DNA of 64,000 nucleotides from a virus (taxonomy: Duplodnaviria > Heunggongvirae > Uroviricota > Caudoviricetes), in the IMG/VR virus record IMGVR_UViG_3300037471_001511, positions 1-64,000 of that record, one strand, 5' to 3'. Shown one piece after another: positions 1 to 9,394 of this stretch (position 1 is its first letter; each line of letters begins with the position of its first letter). The notes below the pieces were generated by a model. The model was not told the origin of the DNA, made no database searches, and saw only the letters and a list, made by a program, of their open reading frames with translations. Both the position numbers and the translations under genes were made by a program.

Positions 1-1320
1 GACGTCCCGGCCAAGCAGATCAAGCTGAAGATCATCGACCTGATCGGCGAGATGGCGAGCATCGAGCAGCGCATGAAGCTGTATCTGACGCCGTACCTGT
101 TCCTCACCGATCCCGAGACCGGACGGCTGTACCCGCACGTCAGCGCCATGCTGAACACGCGGCGCCTGGCGGCGGAGAGCCCGAACTCCGGCCAGATGAG
201 CAAGCGCGGCGAGTCGACCTACGTCCGCGGCTTCGTCGAGGGCGACACCCAGGACCACGTCGTGGTCAGCGTGGACTGGTCTTCGGTCGAGCTGGTGATC
301 ATCGGCGAGCTGTCGGACGACCCGCTGTTCCACGACGCGTTCGGACAGCGTCCGTACAAGGACCTGCACGCCGGCGCCGCGACCTCGGTGCTGCAGGTCG
401 AGATGCCGTGGCTGACCGAGGACCAGTTCAAGTCCCTGAAGTCGCTGCGCAAGCTCGAGGACTTCTACGACAGCTACGGCGTCCAGCCGACGGACGCCGA
501 GCGCCTGTTCACTAATCTCAAGGGCGAGCCGATCGAGGACTGCCCGGGCGCGTACAAGCTGTGGCGGACCGAGATCGGCAAGGGCGCCAACTTCAACTAC
601 TGGTTCTCGGGCTTCCTGCACACGATCGGCCAGAAGATGGGCTGGGGCCTGAACGTCACCGGCGCGGCCACCGACAACTACCGCAACCGGTTCTGGAAGG
701 CGGAAGAGTGGCGGCTCGACACCATCGACCACGCCCGGTCCTTCGGCTGGGTGGAGCTGCCCGACGGGCACCGCCGGCACAAGTACGAGGCGACCTGGCA
801 GTGGGTGGACGAGTTCAAGGCCAAATTCCCCCGCGACGAGCTGCTGGATCCCATCGTCCACGAGATCTGCCGGCGCATCCAGAAGCGGGCGCTGAACCAG
901 TGCGTCAACGCCGTGGTGCAGGGCACCTGCGCCACGCTGATGAAGCGCTCGACGCTGCGGATGCGCTCGCTGCTGCGGGAGCGGGGCTGGACCAAGGGCG
1001 ACATCGCCCGCTTCCTGATCCCGATCCACGACGAGAAGGTCTACAGCGTCCACCACGAGCTGGCGCCGTCGTTCATCACCACCCTGCGCGACGTGATGAT
1101 CGACCACCCGGACCTGTTCCGGAACCTGGTGCTCGACGCCAGCCCGGCCGTGGGCCTGACGTTCGAGCCGTGGCACCCGACCAAGGCCCCGTTCGGGCAG
1201 GTCGAGCTGGCCGAGCCGCCCGCCGAGATCGTGGGCGCCGCCCGCGCCGGCAAGCCGCTCGACGAGGAAGGTTACCGGGAGGTGATCCAGTACCTGCGGC
1301 ACACTAGGATGGCGGCATGA
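1..1320 (+). CDS. DNA polymerase I-like (family A) polymerase domain, C-terminal part; 5' end is upstream of the window
   Basis: DWSSVELVIIGELS (motif A-like, cf. DYSQIELR), KDLHAGAA, PIHDEKV (motif C-like, cf. QVHDE); strong GC3 bias in this frame; stop at 1318-1320. Confidence 0.8.
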   Translation, partial: DVPAKQIKLKIIDLIGEMASIEQRMKLYLTPYLFLTDPETGRLYPHVSAMLNTRRLAAESPNSGQMSKRGESTYVRGFVEGDTQDHVVVSVDWSSVELVIIGELSDDPLFHDAFGQRPYKDLHAGAATSVLQVEMPWLTEDQFKSLKSLRKLEDFYDSYGVQPTDAERLFTNLKGEPIEDCPGAYKLWRTEIGKGANFNYWFSGFLHTIGQKMGWGLNVTGAATDNYRNRFWKAEEWRLDTIDHARSFGWVELPDGHRRHKYEATWQWVDEFKAKFPRDELLDPIVHEICRRIQKRALNQCVNAVVQGTCATLMKRSTLRMRSLLRERGWTKGDIARFLIPIHDEKVYSVHHELAPSFITTLRDVMIDHPDLFRNLVLDASPAVGLTFEPWHPTKAPFGQVELAEPPAEIVGAARAGKPLDEEGYREVIQYLRHTRMAA

Positions 1321-1565
1321 AAAAGATTCTTCTGAACCTCATCGGCGGCCTCGGCAGCTTGTCGCTGGCTGGTGCCGTCCTGCTGCTCGCGATGCACGGC
1401 GAGTGGCGCTGGGCGATCGGCCTCTCCCCTGTCGTGATCGGTTTGGGCACGTTCGGGATGCGCTACGGGTTCGGCGGGAGCGCCCGTTCGGCGCTCACCC
1501 CGGCGCTGATCGTCACCGCCGCCTGTGCGGTGTGGGTGATCTTGGTATGGGGCAAGCTGCCGTAA
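1317..1565 (+). CDS. small hydrophobic membrane protein (82 aa)
   Basis: ATGA overlap with preceding stop; two predicted TM stretches (LLNLIGGLGSLSLAGAVLLLA, ALIVTAACAVWVILVW). Confidence 0.45.
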   Translation: MKKILLNLIGGLGSLSLAGAVLLLAMHGEWRWAIGLSPVVIGLGTFGMRYGFGGSARSALTPALIVTAACAVWVILVWGKLP

Positions 1566-1569
1566 TCTA

Positions 1570-1582
1570 GTTCCAGTGGAAC
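1570..1582. promoter_or_regulatory. GTTCCAGTGGAAC palindrome (member of recurrent motif family)
   Basis: perfect GTTCCA-N-TGGAAC in the 60-bp gap upstream of the resolvase/MTase/exonuclease operon. Confidence 0.5.
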
Positions 1583-1625
1583 CGAGCAGTCTTTTCACCC
1601 AAGACTGATAGCGTTCGGTATCCCG

Positions 1626-2063
1626 GTGTTCATGGTCAAGAACACCGGCAAGCCTTCGGAAGAGATTTTCGACAGCCACTGGCCGCTGCGCTACGGCAAG
1701 CGCGCTTGGGTGTTCAAGTTCACCGACTCCGCCGAGGCCACCGGCCAGAACAAGCGGATCACCAAGGTCAAGGCCCAGCCCAGCGACCGCGTCGTGGTCT
1801 GCAACGGGCGCACCATGTTCGCCGAGGTGAAGTCGACGTGGGACGCGTTCCGCTTCGACTTCAGCCTGCTGCGCCGGACGCAGAGCGCCATGGCCCGGAT
1901 GATCATGGTCGCCGGGGGCGAGTATTACGTGTACGTCCACGCGCTGGCCTTGGACCGATGGTTCTGTGTTCCCTACCGGACCATCCTGCAGACCAAGGAC
2001 GTGGGCCGCGCCTCACTCCGCTGGGAAGAGCTGCGCGGGCTCGAGTGGGACTGCGCGGCATGA
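1626..2063 (+). CDS. PD-(D/E)xK nuclease, Hjc-like Holliday junction resolvase (putative)
   Basis: PSDRVVVCNGRTMFAEVKST matches the D..(I/V)(I/V)A..NG....(I/A)E(V)K(S)(T) core of archaeal-type Hjc resolvases; 4-bp ATGA overlap with the downstream MTase. Confidence 0.5.
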   Translation: MFMVKNTGKPSEEIFDSHWPLRYGKRAWVFKFTDSAEATGQNKRITKVKAQPSDRVVVCNGRTMFAEVKSTWDAFRFDFSLLRRTQSAMARMIMVAGGEYYVYVHALALDRWFCVPYRTILQTKDVGRASLRWEELRGLEWDCAA

Positions 2064-3346
2064 GGTTCGCGACGGTCTGCTCAGGGGTTGAGGCCGTCAG
2101 CCTCGCGTGGGAGCCGCTGGGCTTCACGCCGGTGTTCTTCAGCGAGAACGCCAAGGCGCCGAGCAAGGTGCTCAAGCACCACTGGCCGCACGTCCCGAAC
2201 CTCGGCGACATGACCCAGATCGACGGCCGGGCGTGGCGCGGCCAGGTCGACGTGCTGTGGGGCTCGACGCCCTGCCAGAGCTTCAGCCTCGCCGGCCGGC
2301 GGGCCGGTCTGGCCGACCCGCGGGGCGGTCTGACCCTGAAGTTCGTGGACCTCGCCGACGAGATCGACCCAGCCTTCGTCTGCTGGGAGAACGTGAAGGG
2401 GGTGCTCAGTGACAAGCACAACGCTTTCGGATGCCTTCTCGCTGGTCTGGCCGGAGAAGATGTGCCGCTGGTCCCGTCAGGGACCAAATGGTCGAACGCT
2501 GGTTATGTGCTTGGACCCCAGAGAGCAGTCGCGTGGCGGCTCTTCGACGCCGAATACGCAGGCCTGGCGCAACGACGCGAGCGTGTCTTCCTTGTCAGCT
2601 GTCCTCGAGACGGGGCCGATCCCCGAGAGGTACTATTTGAGCGTGACGGCCTGCGTCGGGATCATCCGCCGAGCCGCGAAACGGGGACGGTCGTTGCCGC
2701 TCTTACTGCTCGCGGCGTTGGGGTCGGTGGTCCTGACCTCGCTCACGCCCAAGCAGGACATCTGCTCCCTGTTGTCGCTGTCCGCGGCGAAATAACCCAC
2801 CCCCTGCGCGGCGAAAGCCACGACGGCGGCGAGGACGGTCTCGGCAAGGGTACGCCGATCGTGGCGTTCTCCTGCAAGGACGACGGCGGCGACGCGGCCG
2901 GCGACGTGGCTCCGACGCTCAGGGCCATGACCCACGAGGGGTCGCACGCCAACGCAGGCGGTCAGCTGGCGGTCGCCTACGCCGTCGCCAGCCGTGGCCG
3001 GGACGACGGCGCCACCCTCGAGCTGGGCGGCGAGGTCGCCAACAGCCTGCGGGCGGCGGACGGCGGCGGCTCCCGTGAGCTGGTGCTGATCGCCGAGGCG
3101 CCCCTGTTCCAGAAGGTTCCGGTCACGCCACAGACGTTGGTGACGGCCGCACGGCTGGTCAGGGCGCGCGTTCGGCGGCTCACGCCGCTCGAGTGCGAAC
3201 GCCTGATGGGCTTTCCCGACAATCACACGCTGGTGCCGGGGATGGCCGACGCCCCCCGCTACAAGATGTGCGGCAACAGCGTGGCCGTTCCCGACGTCCG
3301 GTTCATCGGACAGGGCATCAAGAAGGTGGGGCTATGCAAGACGTAA
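2060..3346 (+). CDS. DNA (cytosine-5)-methyltransferase, orphan
   Basis: motif I VCSGVEA, motif IV GSTPCQSFSLAG, motif VI WENVKGVLS, C-terminal GNSVAVP (motif X); variable target-recognition region in the middle; start ATG 2060 in frame with track ORF 1706..3346. Confidence 0.9.
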   Translation: MRFATVCSGVEAVSLAWEPLGFTPVFFSENAKAPSKVLKHHWPHVPNLGDMTQIDGRAWRGQVDVLWGSTPCQSFSLAGRRAGLADPRGGLTLKFVDLADEIDPAFVCWENVKGVLSDKHNAFGCLLAGLAGEDVPLVPSGTKWSNAGYVLGPQRAVAWRLFDAEYAGLAQRRERVFLVSCPRDGADPREVLFERDGLRRDHPPSRETGTVVAALTARGVGVGGPDLAHAQAGHLLPVVAVRGEITHPLRGESHDGGEDGLGKGTPIVAFSCKDDGGDAAGDVAPTLRAMTHEGSHANAGGQLAVAYAVASRGRDDGATLELGGEVANSLRAADGGGSRELVLIAEAPLFQKVPVTPQTLVTAARLVRARVRRLTPLECERLMGFPDNHTLVPGMADAPRYKMCGNSVAVPDVRFIGQGIKKVGLCKT

Positions 3347-3894
3347 TGGTGGACATCGAGACCACGGGCACCGACCCGTGCCACACCTCGATCATCCAGC
3401 TCTCAGCGGTAAAGTTCGACTACGAGACCAGCCAGATCGGCGACTCGTTCGACATGTGCCTGTTCCCGCTGCCCGAGCGGTTCTGGGACGAGGACACCCG
3501 CGCGTTCTGGAACAAGAACAGCGAGGTGCTCGAGAGCATCCTGCACCGTGCCCAGGATCCGGCCGCGGTGATCCACGCCTTCGTGCAGTGGGTCCGCGAC
3601 GGCGGCAACGGCCAGCCGATGCGGCTCTGGGCCAAGCCGGCCACGTTCGAGCAGCCGTTCCTGGCCAGCTACTTCCGCCGCTTCGGCCTCGACAACCCGT
3701 TCCACTACCGCTTCACCATCGACCTGAACTCCTTCGTCCGCGGCATGCAGGGCGACCCCGGCGCCGAGCCGCTGGAGAAGAAGATCCCGTTCCAAGGCAA
3801 CATGCACGACGCGCTGGACGACGTGCTCCACCAAGTGAAGGTCGCGCTGATGGCCCGACACATGGTCGGGGGCGGCGCCGATGCGACTGCCTGA
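3334..3894 (+). CDS. DEDDh-type 3'-5' exonuclease (DnaQ-like)
   Basis: Exo I VDIETTG, Exo III HDALDD; ATG 3334 overlaps the MTase stop. Confidence 0.75.
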   Translation: MQDVMVDIETTGTDPCHTSIIQLSAVKFDYETSQIGDSFDMCLFPLPERFWDEDTRAFWNKNSEVLESILHRAQDPAAVIHAFVQWVRDGGNGQPMRLWAKPATFEQPFLASYFRRFGLDNPFHYRFTIDLNSFVRGMQGDPGAEPLEKKIPFQGNMHDALDDVLHQVKVALMARHMVGGGADATA

Positions 3895-4339
3895 CTGGCT
3901 GAAGGAGCGTCTGTTCAGTAGCGCGTTCGACGCGACCTGGCGCGACCCCGACCTGCTGATCGGGCCGGAGAACAACCCCTACCTGCGGCGCTGGTGGCTG
4001 GTCCCACGCAACCCGTTCCTGAACGTCTACCTGCACAACATCCGCAGGTCGGACGACGCGACCCGCGGCCTGCACGATCATCCATGGTGGTCGGTCAGCG
4101 TGCTGCTGAAAGGCAGCTACTACGAGATCGTGCCGCTGAACCCGCGCAACCCGAGGGGGCGGACGCAGCGCCTGTTCTGGCGATCAGGCTCGGTGATCTT
4201 CCGCGGCGCCAAGCACGCCCACCGGCTTGAGGTCACGCTTCCCAAGGCGAACGTCTGGACCCTGTTCATCACCGGTCCCCGCTTCCGCCAGTGGGGCTTC
4301 TGGGAACCCGAAGGATGGAGGGCGCACGATGCTCTATGA
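3881..4339 (+). CDS. hypothetical protein, possible cupin-fold metalloprotein
   Basis: GLHDHPWW (HxH) and a downstream AKHAHRLEV histidine, reminiscent of cupin metal-binding motifs; weak. Confidence 0.4.
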   Translation: MRLPDWLKERLFSSAFDATWRDPDLLIGPENNPYLRRWWLVPRNPFLNVYLHNIRRSDDATRGLHDHPWWSVSVLLKGSYYEIVPLNPRNPRGRTQRLFWRSGSVIFRGAKHAHRLEVTLPKANVWTLFITGPRFRQWGFWEPEGWRAHDAL

Positions 4340-4538
4340 CCTGAGCGCGTACCGTGAGGCTCGCGTCGAACCGCCTCCGGCCCCTCTGCCGGCCGAGGAC
4401 GAGGTGCTCTGCACCGTCACGATCACTTCCGAAGGGGTGCAGGTGTGGGTGTCCGACCAGGTCGCCACCCTGCCCCAGCGCGCCTGGCTGGCGCGCCGGA
4501 TCAATCAAGCGAAGGACATGCTGACATGGCGCGACTGA
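4329..4538 (+). CDS. hypothetical protein (69 aa)
   Basis: ATG 4329 in frame with track ORF 4227..4538; overlaps upstream stop. Confidence 0.35.
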   Translation: MLYDLSAYREARVEPPPAPLPAEDEVLCTVTITSEGVQVWVSDQVATLPQRAWLARRINQAKDMLTWRD

Positions 4539-5485
4539 AGCTCACCGGCGACGTCCATCTGGGCAAGAAGTTCCAGCAGAACGTCCCGCTTCACCGGCGC
4601 GGTGACCGCGAAAAGATGCAGTGGGAGCAGCTCGAGCGCGAGCTGATGGACTGCGACGGGGCCGACGCCCACATCCAGATGGGCGACATCTTCGACGGCT
4701 TCGTCGTCTCGTTCGCCGTGATCATGCGGCTGGTCGAGCTGTACAAGCGAGCCCGGGCCAAGAACCCGAACGTCCGCTTTGGCGTGCTCAGGGGCAACCA
4801 CGACGCGGACCGGGACCTGGACCGCGTGTCGGCGTTCGACGTGCTGGCCGAGCTGCTGGCCGCGATCGGCGTGGTGGTGGCCAAGGACGAGCCAGTGGAG
4901 ATCCTGCCCGGGCACTGGATGATCCCGTGGCACCCGATCATCTCGGCCCAGGCGATGGTCAACCACTACGCCGACCGGCTGGCCGGCGCCGCGGCGGTGT
5001 TCGGTCACTGGGACGTGGTCATGGGCGAGGAGAACCGCTGCCCGGCCCAGGCGCTGGCCCAGCTGGGCGTCGGCGCGATCTACACCGGCCACGACCACCT
5101 GCCGCGGATCGAGCGCGTGGACGGGGTCGACGTGTTCGTGGTGGGCTCGATGCAGCCCTACAGCCACGCCGAGGATCCGGGCGAGATCATCTACGTGACC
5201 CGCACCTTGGCCGAGGTCCGCGCCGACCCGAACGGCTTCGCCATGAAGGCGCTGCGCGTGGTGCTGGATCCGGGCGAGACCTTCGACCTGCAGATCGACT
5301 GCCTGCAGCTGCAGGTCACCCGCGGCAAGGTCGAGGCGGAGGAAGTCGACTTGGGCGAAGTCCAGTTCGAGGCCTTCGATCTGAACGAGCTGTTCGCGGC
5401 CGCCTGCCGGCAGATCGGGCTCGACGCCGAGACCCAGGCGCTCACCAGCCGGCGTCTGGAGGAAGAACGTGCGGCCCGCGCTTAG
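4526..5485 (+). CDS. sbcD: SbcD/Mre11-like metallophosphoesterase nuclease
   Basis: GDVHLG, GDIFDG, LRGNHD, GHWD, TGHDH calcineurin-like motifs; immediately followed by an SbcC-like ATPase. Confidence 0.8.
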   Translation: MARLKLTGDVHLGKKFQQNVPLHRRGDREKMQWEQLERELMDCDGADAHIQMGDIFDGFVVSFAVIMRLVELYKRARAKNPNVRFGVLRGNHDADRDLDRVSAFDVLAELLAAIGVVVAKDEPVEILPGHWMIPWHPIISAQAMVNHYADRLAGAAAVFGHWDVVMGEENRCPAQALAQLGVGAIYTGHDHLPRIERVDGVDVFVVGSMQPYSHAEDPGEIIYVTRTLAEVRADPNGFAMKALRVVLDPGETFDLQIDCLQLQVTRGKVEAEEVDLGEVQFEAFDLNELFAAACRQIGLDAETQALTSRRLEEERAARA

Positions 5486-5678
5486 CGACGCCCACGTCGC
5501 CGTGCTGACGGCCTGCCTCGAGCTGCCGCTCGCCCCGGGCGAAATGGCCCTGCTTCGATCCATCGTTCACCACGCCGGCATGGGAACCCTGCACGACTGG
5601 GGCATGGCCAACTTCATGCGCCAGGACGAGGTGAACGCCCTCTTCAACCGCTGTCAGGAGTTGCTCCGTGTTCCATAA
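5469..5678 (+). CDS. hypothetical protein (69 aa)
   Basis: short ORF bridging sbcD and sbcC, overlapping both. Confidence 0.35.
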   Translation: MRPALSDAHVAVLTACLELPLAPGEMALLRSIVHHAGMGTLHDWGMANFMRQDEVNALFNRCQELLRVP

Positions 5679-7749
5679 GCTGGACTACTCGGTCACCTTC
5701 GACAAAGGACCGAACGGCCCCCGCACGCTGCGGGCGTCGCTGAACTTCACCACCGGGTTCACCGTGATCAGCGGCCCGAACGAGGCCGGCAAGAGCTTCG
5801 TCTTCGAGATGATGCGCTTCGCCCTGTTCGGGACGCAGGCGCTGCGGGGCGCCGCTGAGGACTACAAGAGCCTGCGCATGTCGGCCGAGGTCGACATCCG
5901 CGGCGAGCGCTACCGGATCGACCGCAACATCGACAAGGCCACGCTGTACCGGGGCGGCCAGGTCGTCTGCAACGGCGTGCGCGCGGTCAACGACAAGATC
6001 GTCCGCATCCTGGGCTTCGGCCTGCAGGTGTTCGACGTGGCCTGCTCGGTGAACCAGGGCGAGGTCGAGCGCCTCGGCGCCATGGCGCCGGCGGAGCGCA
6101 AGAAGATGGTCGACGGCGTGGTCGGGATCGACACGCTGGACGTGGTGGCCAAGTGGTTCGTCGACGAGGCCAAGGTGTTCGACCGGGAGGCGGAGGCGAT
6201 CCGGTCCCGGCTCGTGGTCCCGGTCCGTCCGGCCGTGCCTGACGGCTATCGGTCCAGCGCCGAGATCCCGCTCGAGACCGCCCGCGCCCAGGCTCGCGAG
6301 CTGGCCGAGCTGACCGGCTGGTTGGCGCACGCCCGGCCCAAGCCGGCCGAGCCGACCTGCAAGGTCGATCTGCCGGCGGTGAACCTGACGGTGTTCGCCA
6401 ACAAGCGCCGCAAGCTGCGCGAAGAGATCGCCGACCTCGAAGCCGTGCCGCACGCGGTGGCGTTCTACACCGACGCGCAGCTCGACGAGGCGGAGACCGA
6501 CTGGCAGGCGTACGTCGAGTACGAGAACGCCCAAGCCTGGCTGCGCAACAACCCGGCGCCGCGGGCGACCGGCGAGCTGCAGCTCGACGTGTTCGAGGAC
6601 GACTGGACGGCGATCCACAACGTCGAGACGCGCGCCTCGCTCTGCCAGCGGATCAAGGCGCTGCAGGAGAAGGGCTTCAAGCTGTGCCCGCACTGCGGCG
6701 GCGAGATCCCGCTCGAGGAAGACGCCATCGAGCAGCTGGTCCAGCAGCACGACGCCCTGCCCGTGCCGGACAGCGGCCGGGCGCCGCCCACGCCGCCGCT
6801 CACCCCGGCCGAGATCGCGGTCGAGCGCCAGCGGCTGAAGACCTGGGACGCCGCGAAGGCCGAGCAGATGCGGGCCGTCGCGGAGATTCCCCGGCCGGGG
6901 ATTCCGAAGGAGGACATCCCGGTCCACCGCACGGTGATCAAGCAGGCCCAAGCTTGGAAGGACGCGCAGGGTCTGCTTGCGGCGACGCGGCATCAGTTCG
7001 CCGAGATGCCCGACTACGAGACCATGCTGATCGAGCGGCAGGCCTACGAGGAAGCCCTGCCCCGCTACCGGCAGGAGCTGGCCGACTGGGAGGCGTGGAA
7101 CACCGAGCGGCAGAAGAAGGAGCTGCGGCGCACCCAGCTGGCCGGCGCCGAGGCGACGCTCGCCGCGCTCGAGGCCGAGCACCGGACCGCCGTGGCGTTC
7201 GAGCAGCAGCTCGCCGTCTACGAGGCCGCCCGGCAGGCCTATGAGACCGGGGAGCGGGACGCCAACGACCTGACGGCCAAGGCCGAGCGCTACCGGAAGG
7301 TCCGCGACGTGATGGCGGTGCTGCGCTCGCTGATCAAGCAGCACCTGCTGCCCAGCCTGAACACGGTGGCCAGCGCGCTGCTGGCCGTCATGACCGGCGG
7401 CCAGCGCCGGTCGATCTACGTGGACGAGGAGTTCGACGTGCTGGTCGACGGCCAGCGCCTGAACACCCTGTCCGGCTCCGGCAAGGCCTGCGCCAACCTC
7501 GCGCTGCGCATCGCGCTCGGCCAGGTGCTGACCAACCGGGTGGTCTCGGTGCTGCTCGCCGACGAGATCGACGGCAGCATGGACGACTTCCGGGCCGAGA
7601 AAACGTCACAGATCCTATGGAACCTTACAAATAGCATCTCCCAGGTGCTGCTGGTCTCCCATAAGCAAATCGAAGGCGAACATCACGTTCGTATCGGAGG
7701 CTTAAGTGGGGACGGAGAACCAGCAGATCTCCTTGGATCGGCTGCGTGA
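5668..7749 (+). CDS. sbcC: SbcC/Rad50-like SMC ATPase
   Basis: Walker A GPNEAGKS near N-terminus, CPHCGG zinc hook in a coiled-coil middle, C-terminal LLADEIDGSMDD (Walker B/D-loop). Confidence 0.85.
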   Translation: MFHKLDYSVTFDKGPNGPRTLRASLNFTTGFTVISGPNEAGKSFVFEMMRFALFGTQALRGAAEDYKSLRMSAEVDIRGERYRIDRNIDKATLYRGGQVVCNGVRAVNDKIVRILGFGLQVFDVACSVNQGEVERLGAMAPAERKKMVDGVVGIDTLDVVAKWFVDEAKVFDREAEAIRSRLVVPVRPAVPDGYRSSAEIPLETARAQARELAELTGWLAHARPKPAEPTCKVDLPAVNLTVFANKRRKLREEIADLEAVPHAVAFYTDAQLDEAETDWQAYVEYENAQAWLRNNPAPRATGELQLDVFEDDWTAIHNVETRASLCQRIKALQEKGFKLCPHCGGEIPLEEDAIEQLVQQHDALPVPDSGRAPPTPPLTPAEIAVERQRLKTWDAAKAEQMRAVAEIPRPGIPKEDIPVHRTVIKQAQAWKDAQGLLAATRHQFAEMPDYETMLIERQAYEEALPRYRQELADWEAWNTERQKKELRRTQLAGAEATLAALEAEHRTAVAFEQQLAVYEAARQAYETGERDANDLTAKAERYRKVRDVMAVLRSLIKQHLLPSLNTVASALLAVMTGGQRRSIYVDEEFDVLVDGQRLNTLSGSGKACANLALRIALGQVLTNRVVSVLLADEIDGSMDDFRAEKTSQILWNLTNSISQVLLVSHKQIEGEHHVRIGGLSGDGEPADLLGSAA

Positions 7750-8104
7750 GATCTACGAAAAACACGGCGGCAATCTCAATCTGATCGCTGCTGAACTCGG
7801 GATTTCACAAGGGGACATTCAAGAGAAGTTCACGACGCCGCCGACGCCGCCGGCGCGGGGACGCACCCCGCCGGCGGACCTGGGGTCTGAGAGCCTGCGG
7901 CAATTCATCGTCGCGTACCGCCACGCCGACTGTCCGGTGTGGAGGAAGGAAGACCAGAAGAAAATCGAAGAGGCCCGCGCCCTGTACTGCGCCGGCACGC
8001 ACGAGGTCTTCCAGGGCCGCGACCAGAACTGGTTCATCCTCTACTGCCAGCCCCGCAAGAAACGTTGCGGCGCTCGCAAGTGGTACACGGCTTTCGGGGA
8101 ATAG
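7706..8104 (+). CDS. HTH plus Cys-cluster protein (GTG start), in a lower-GC island
   Basis: N-terminal LNLIAAELGISQGDIQEK HTH-like; C-terminal C..C..C cluster; RBS GGAGG upstream; local GC about 50%. Confidence 0.45.
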   Translation: MGTENQQISLDRLREIYEKHGGNLNLIAAELGISQGDIQEKFTTPPTPPARGRTPPADLGSESLRQFIVAYRHADCPVWRKEDQKKIEEARALYCAGTHEVFQGRDQNWFILYCQPRKKRCGARKWYTAFGE

Positions 8105-8110
8105 GGGGGT

Positions 8111-8344
8111 ATGATGCGTACAGATCCGCACGGTCCGCTGAACGCGAACCAGCGCGCGCTCATGACGAAATTCACCCGCGAGACGCTCGAGGGGAAGAAA
8201 GAGCCGCAGCGCGACTACTCAAATCGCAAGCCCTACCGCAACAAGAACCAGAAGAAGGTGGCCCGCATGACGGCCGCCCGCGGTCAGGACGGCGTCTGGC
8301 GCTCCAACGCGCCCACGATGCAGCACCCCGAGGTGCGCTCATGA
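8111..8344 (+). CDS. hypothetical basic protein (77 aa)
   Basis: Lys/Arg-rich; lower-GC region. Confidence 0.35.
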   Translation: MMRTDPHGPLNANQRALMTKFTRETLEGKKEPQRDYSNRKPYRNKNQKKVARMTAARGQDGVWRSNAPTMQHPEVRS

Positions 8345-8610
8345 CCCACAATCTAGCGGACACCAGCCGCTCGGCGTTCGAACAGAACGCTGAGCGGCTG
8401 CAGGCTACGCGCGCGCGGACGCTGGCAGAGCTTCGGCGACGCCCGCAGACCGCATTCGAACTGGCCGAGAGCCTGCACGAGCCGTTCTACAACGTGCAGC
8501 CGGCCTGCTCGAAGCTGCGTTCCGACGGCCAGATCAAGGACTCCGGCGAGCGCCGGCCGTCGCCGCGCAGCGGTCTGCCCGCCATCGTGTGGAAGGCGGT
8601 GGCGCCATGA
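8341..8610 (+). CDS. hypothetical protein, possible winged-helix
   Basis: ATG 8341; TAFELAESLHEP...KLRSDGQIKDSGERR resembles MarR-like wHTH. Confidence 0.4.
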   Translation: MTHNLADTSRSAFEQNAERLQATRARTLAELRRRPQTAFELAESLHEPFYNVQPACSKLRSDGQIKDSGERRPSPRSGLPAIVWKAVAP

Positions 8611-9161
8611 TCGTCGGGCTCACCGGCCGGAAGGGCTCCGGCAAGGACACCGCCGCCCAGGTCTTCGAAGCCTGCGGCTTCACGCACCTCAAATTCGCCG
8701 ACTGCCTCAAAGGCATGCTGGCCTACCTGCTGCGCTATCAGGGCCTGCCTCAGGAGCTGGTCCTGCGCATGGTCGAGGGCGACCTGAAGGAGACGCCGTC
8801 CCCCTACCTGGCGGGACGGACGCCTCGCTACGCCATGCAGACGCTGGGCACCGAGTGGGGCCGGCAGATGATGGGCGAGGACATCTGGGTCGACGCGGTG
8901 CTGCACGCCTCGCAGGAGTTCGATCACATCGTGATCAGCGATGTGCGGTTCCCCAACGAATTCGAGGCGATCAAGGAAGAAGAGGGCAACGTCGTCTACC
9001 GGATCGACCGACCCGGGCTCGACGCCTCCGACACCCACGCCTCGGAAAGCCACGTCGACAGCTTCGACGTGGACTGCGTGCTGCTGAACGACCGGCCCAC
9101 CCCGGAAGACTTCCAGCAGCTCGTCTACGGGGTGCTCAGCCCGGCGCAAGGAACCTGCTGA
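8607..9161 (+). CDS. deoxynucleoside monophosphate kinase (phage dNMP kinase-like)
   Basis: P-loop GLTGRKGSGKDT and ISDVRFPNEFEAIKE as in T4 gp1-type dNMP kinases; ATGA overlap upstream. Confidence 0.65.
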   Translation: MIVGLTGRKGSGKDTAAQVFEACGFTHLKFADCLKGMLAYLLRYQGLPQELVLRMVEGDLKETPSPYLAGRTPRYAMQTLGTEWGRQMMGEDIWVDAVLHASQEFDHIVISDVRFPNEFEAIKEEEGNVVYRIDRPGLDASDTHASESHVDSFDVDCVLLNDRPTPEDFQQLVYGVLSPAQGTC

Positions 9162-9394
9162 TGGACCGCTACTTCATCCCGGCCGCCAAGGCGGTCGCGT
9201 ACGTGATCGGCCTCGTGGCCGCACTGATCTTTCTGTTCCGGAACGTCGTCGGCCCCCTGTTCGGCTCGACCTCCGATCTGGGCGTGCTCGGCGCCGTGGG
9301 CGCCGCGATGCTCGGCCTGATCGGCTTCGCGTGGGCGGTCCGCGCCGCCGTCCGTGACCTTCGGCGCGAATTCCAGAAAGCCAACAAACAATGA
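9161..9394 (+). CDS. small membrane protein (77 aa)
   Basis: two hydrophobic helices; ATG 9161 overlaps preceding stop. Confidence 0.45.
   Translation: MDRYFIPAAKAVAYVIGLVAALIFLFRNVVGPLFGSTSDLGVLGAVGAAMLGLIGFAWAVRAAVRDLRREFQKANKQ

Noticed and set aside
1626-3346. A type II restriction-modification pair (nuclease plus C5 methyltransferase)
   Set aside because: The nuclease is a 145-aa PD-(D/E)xK protein whose core matches Hjc-type resolvases, so a restriction role is not supported.
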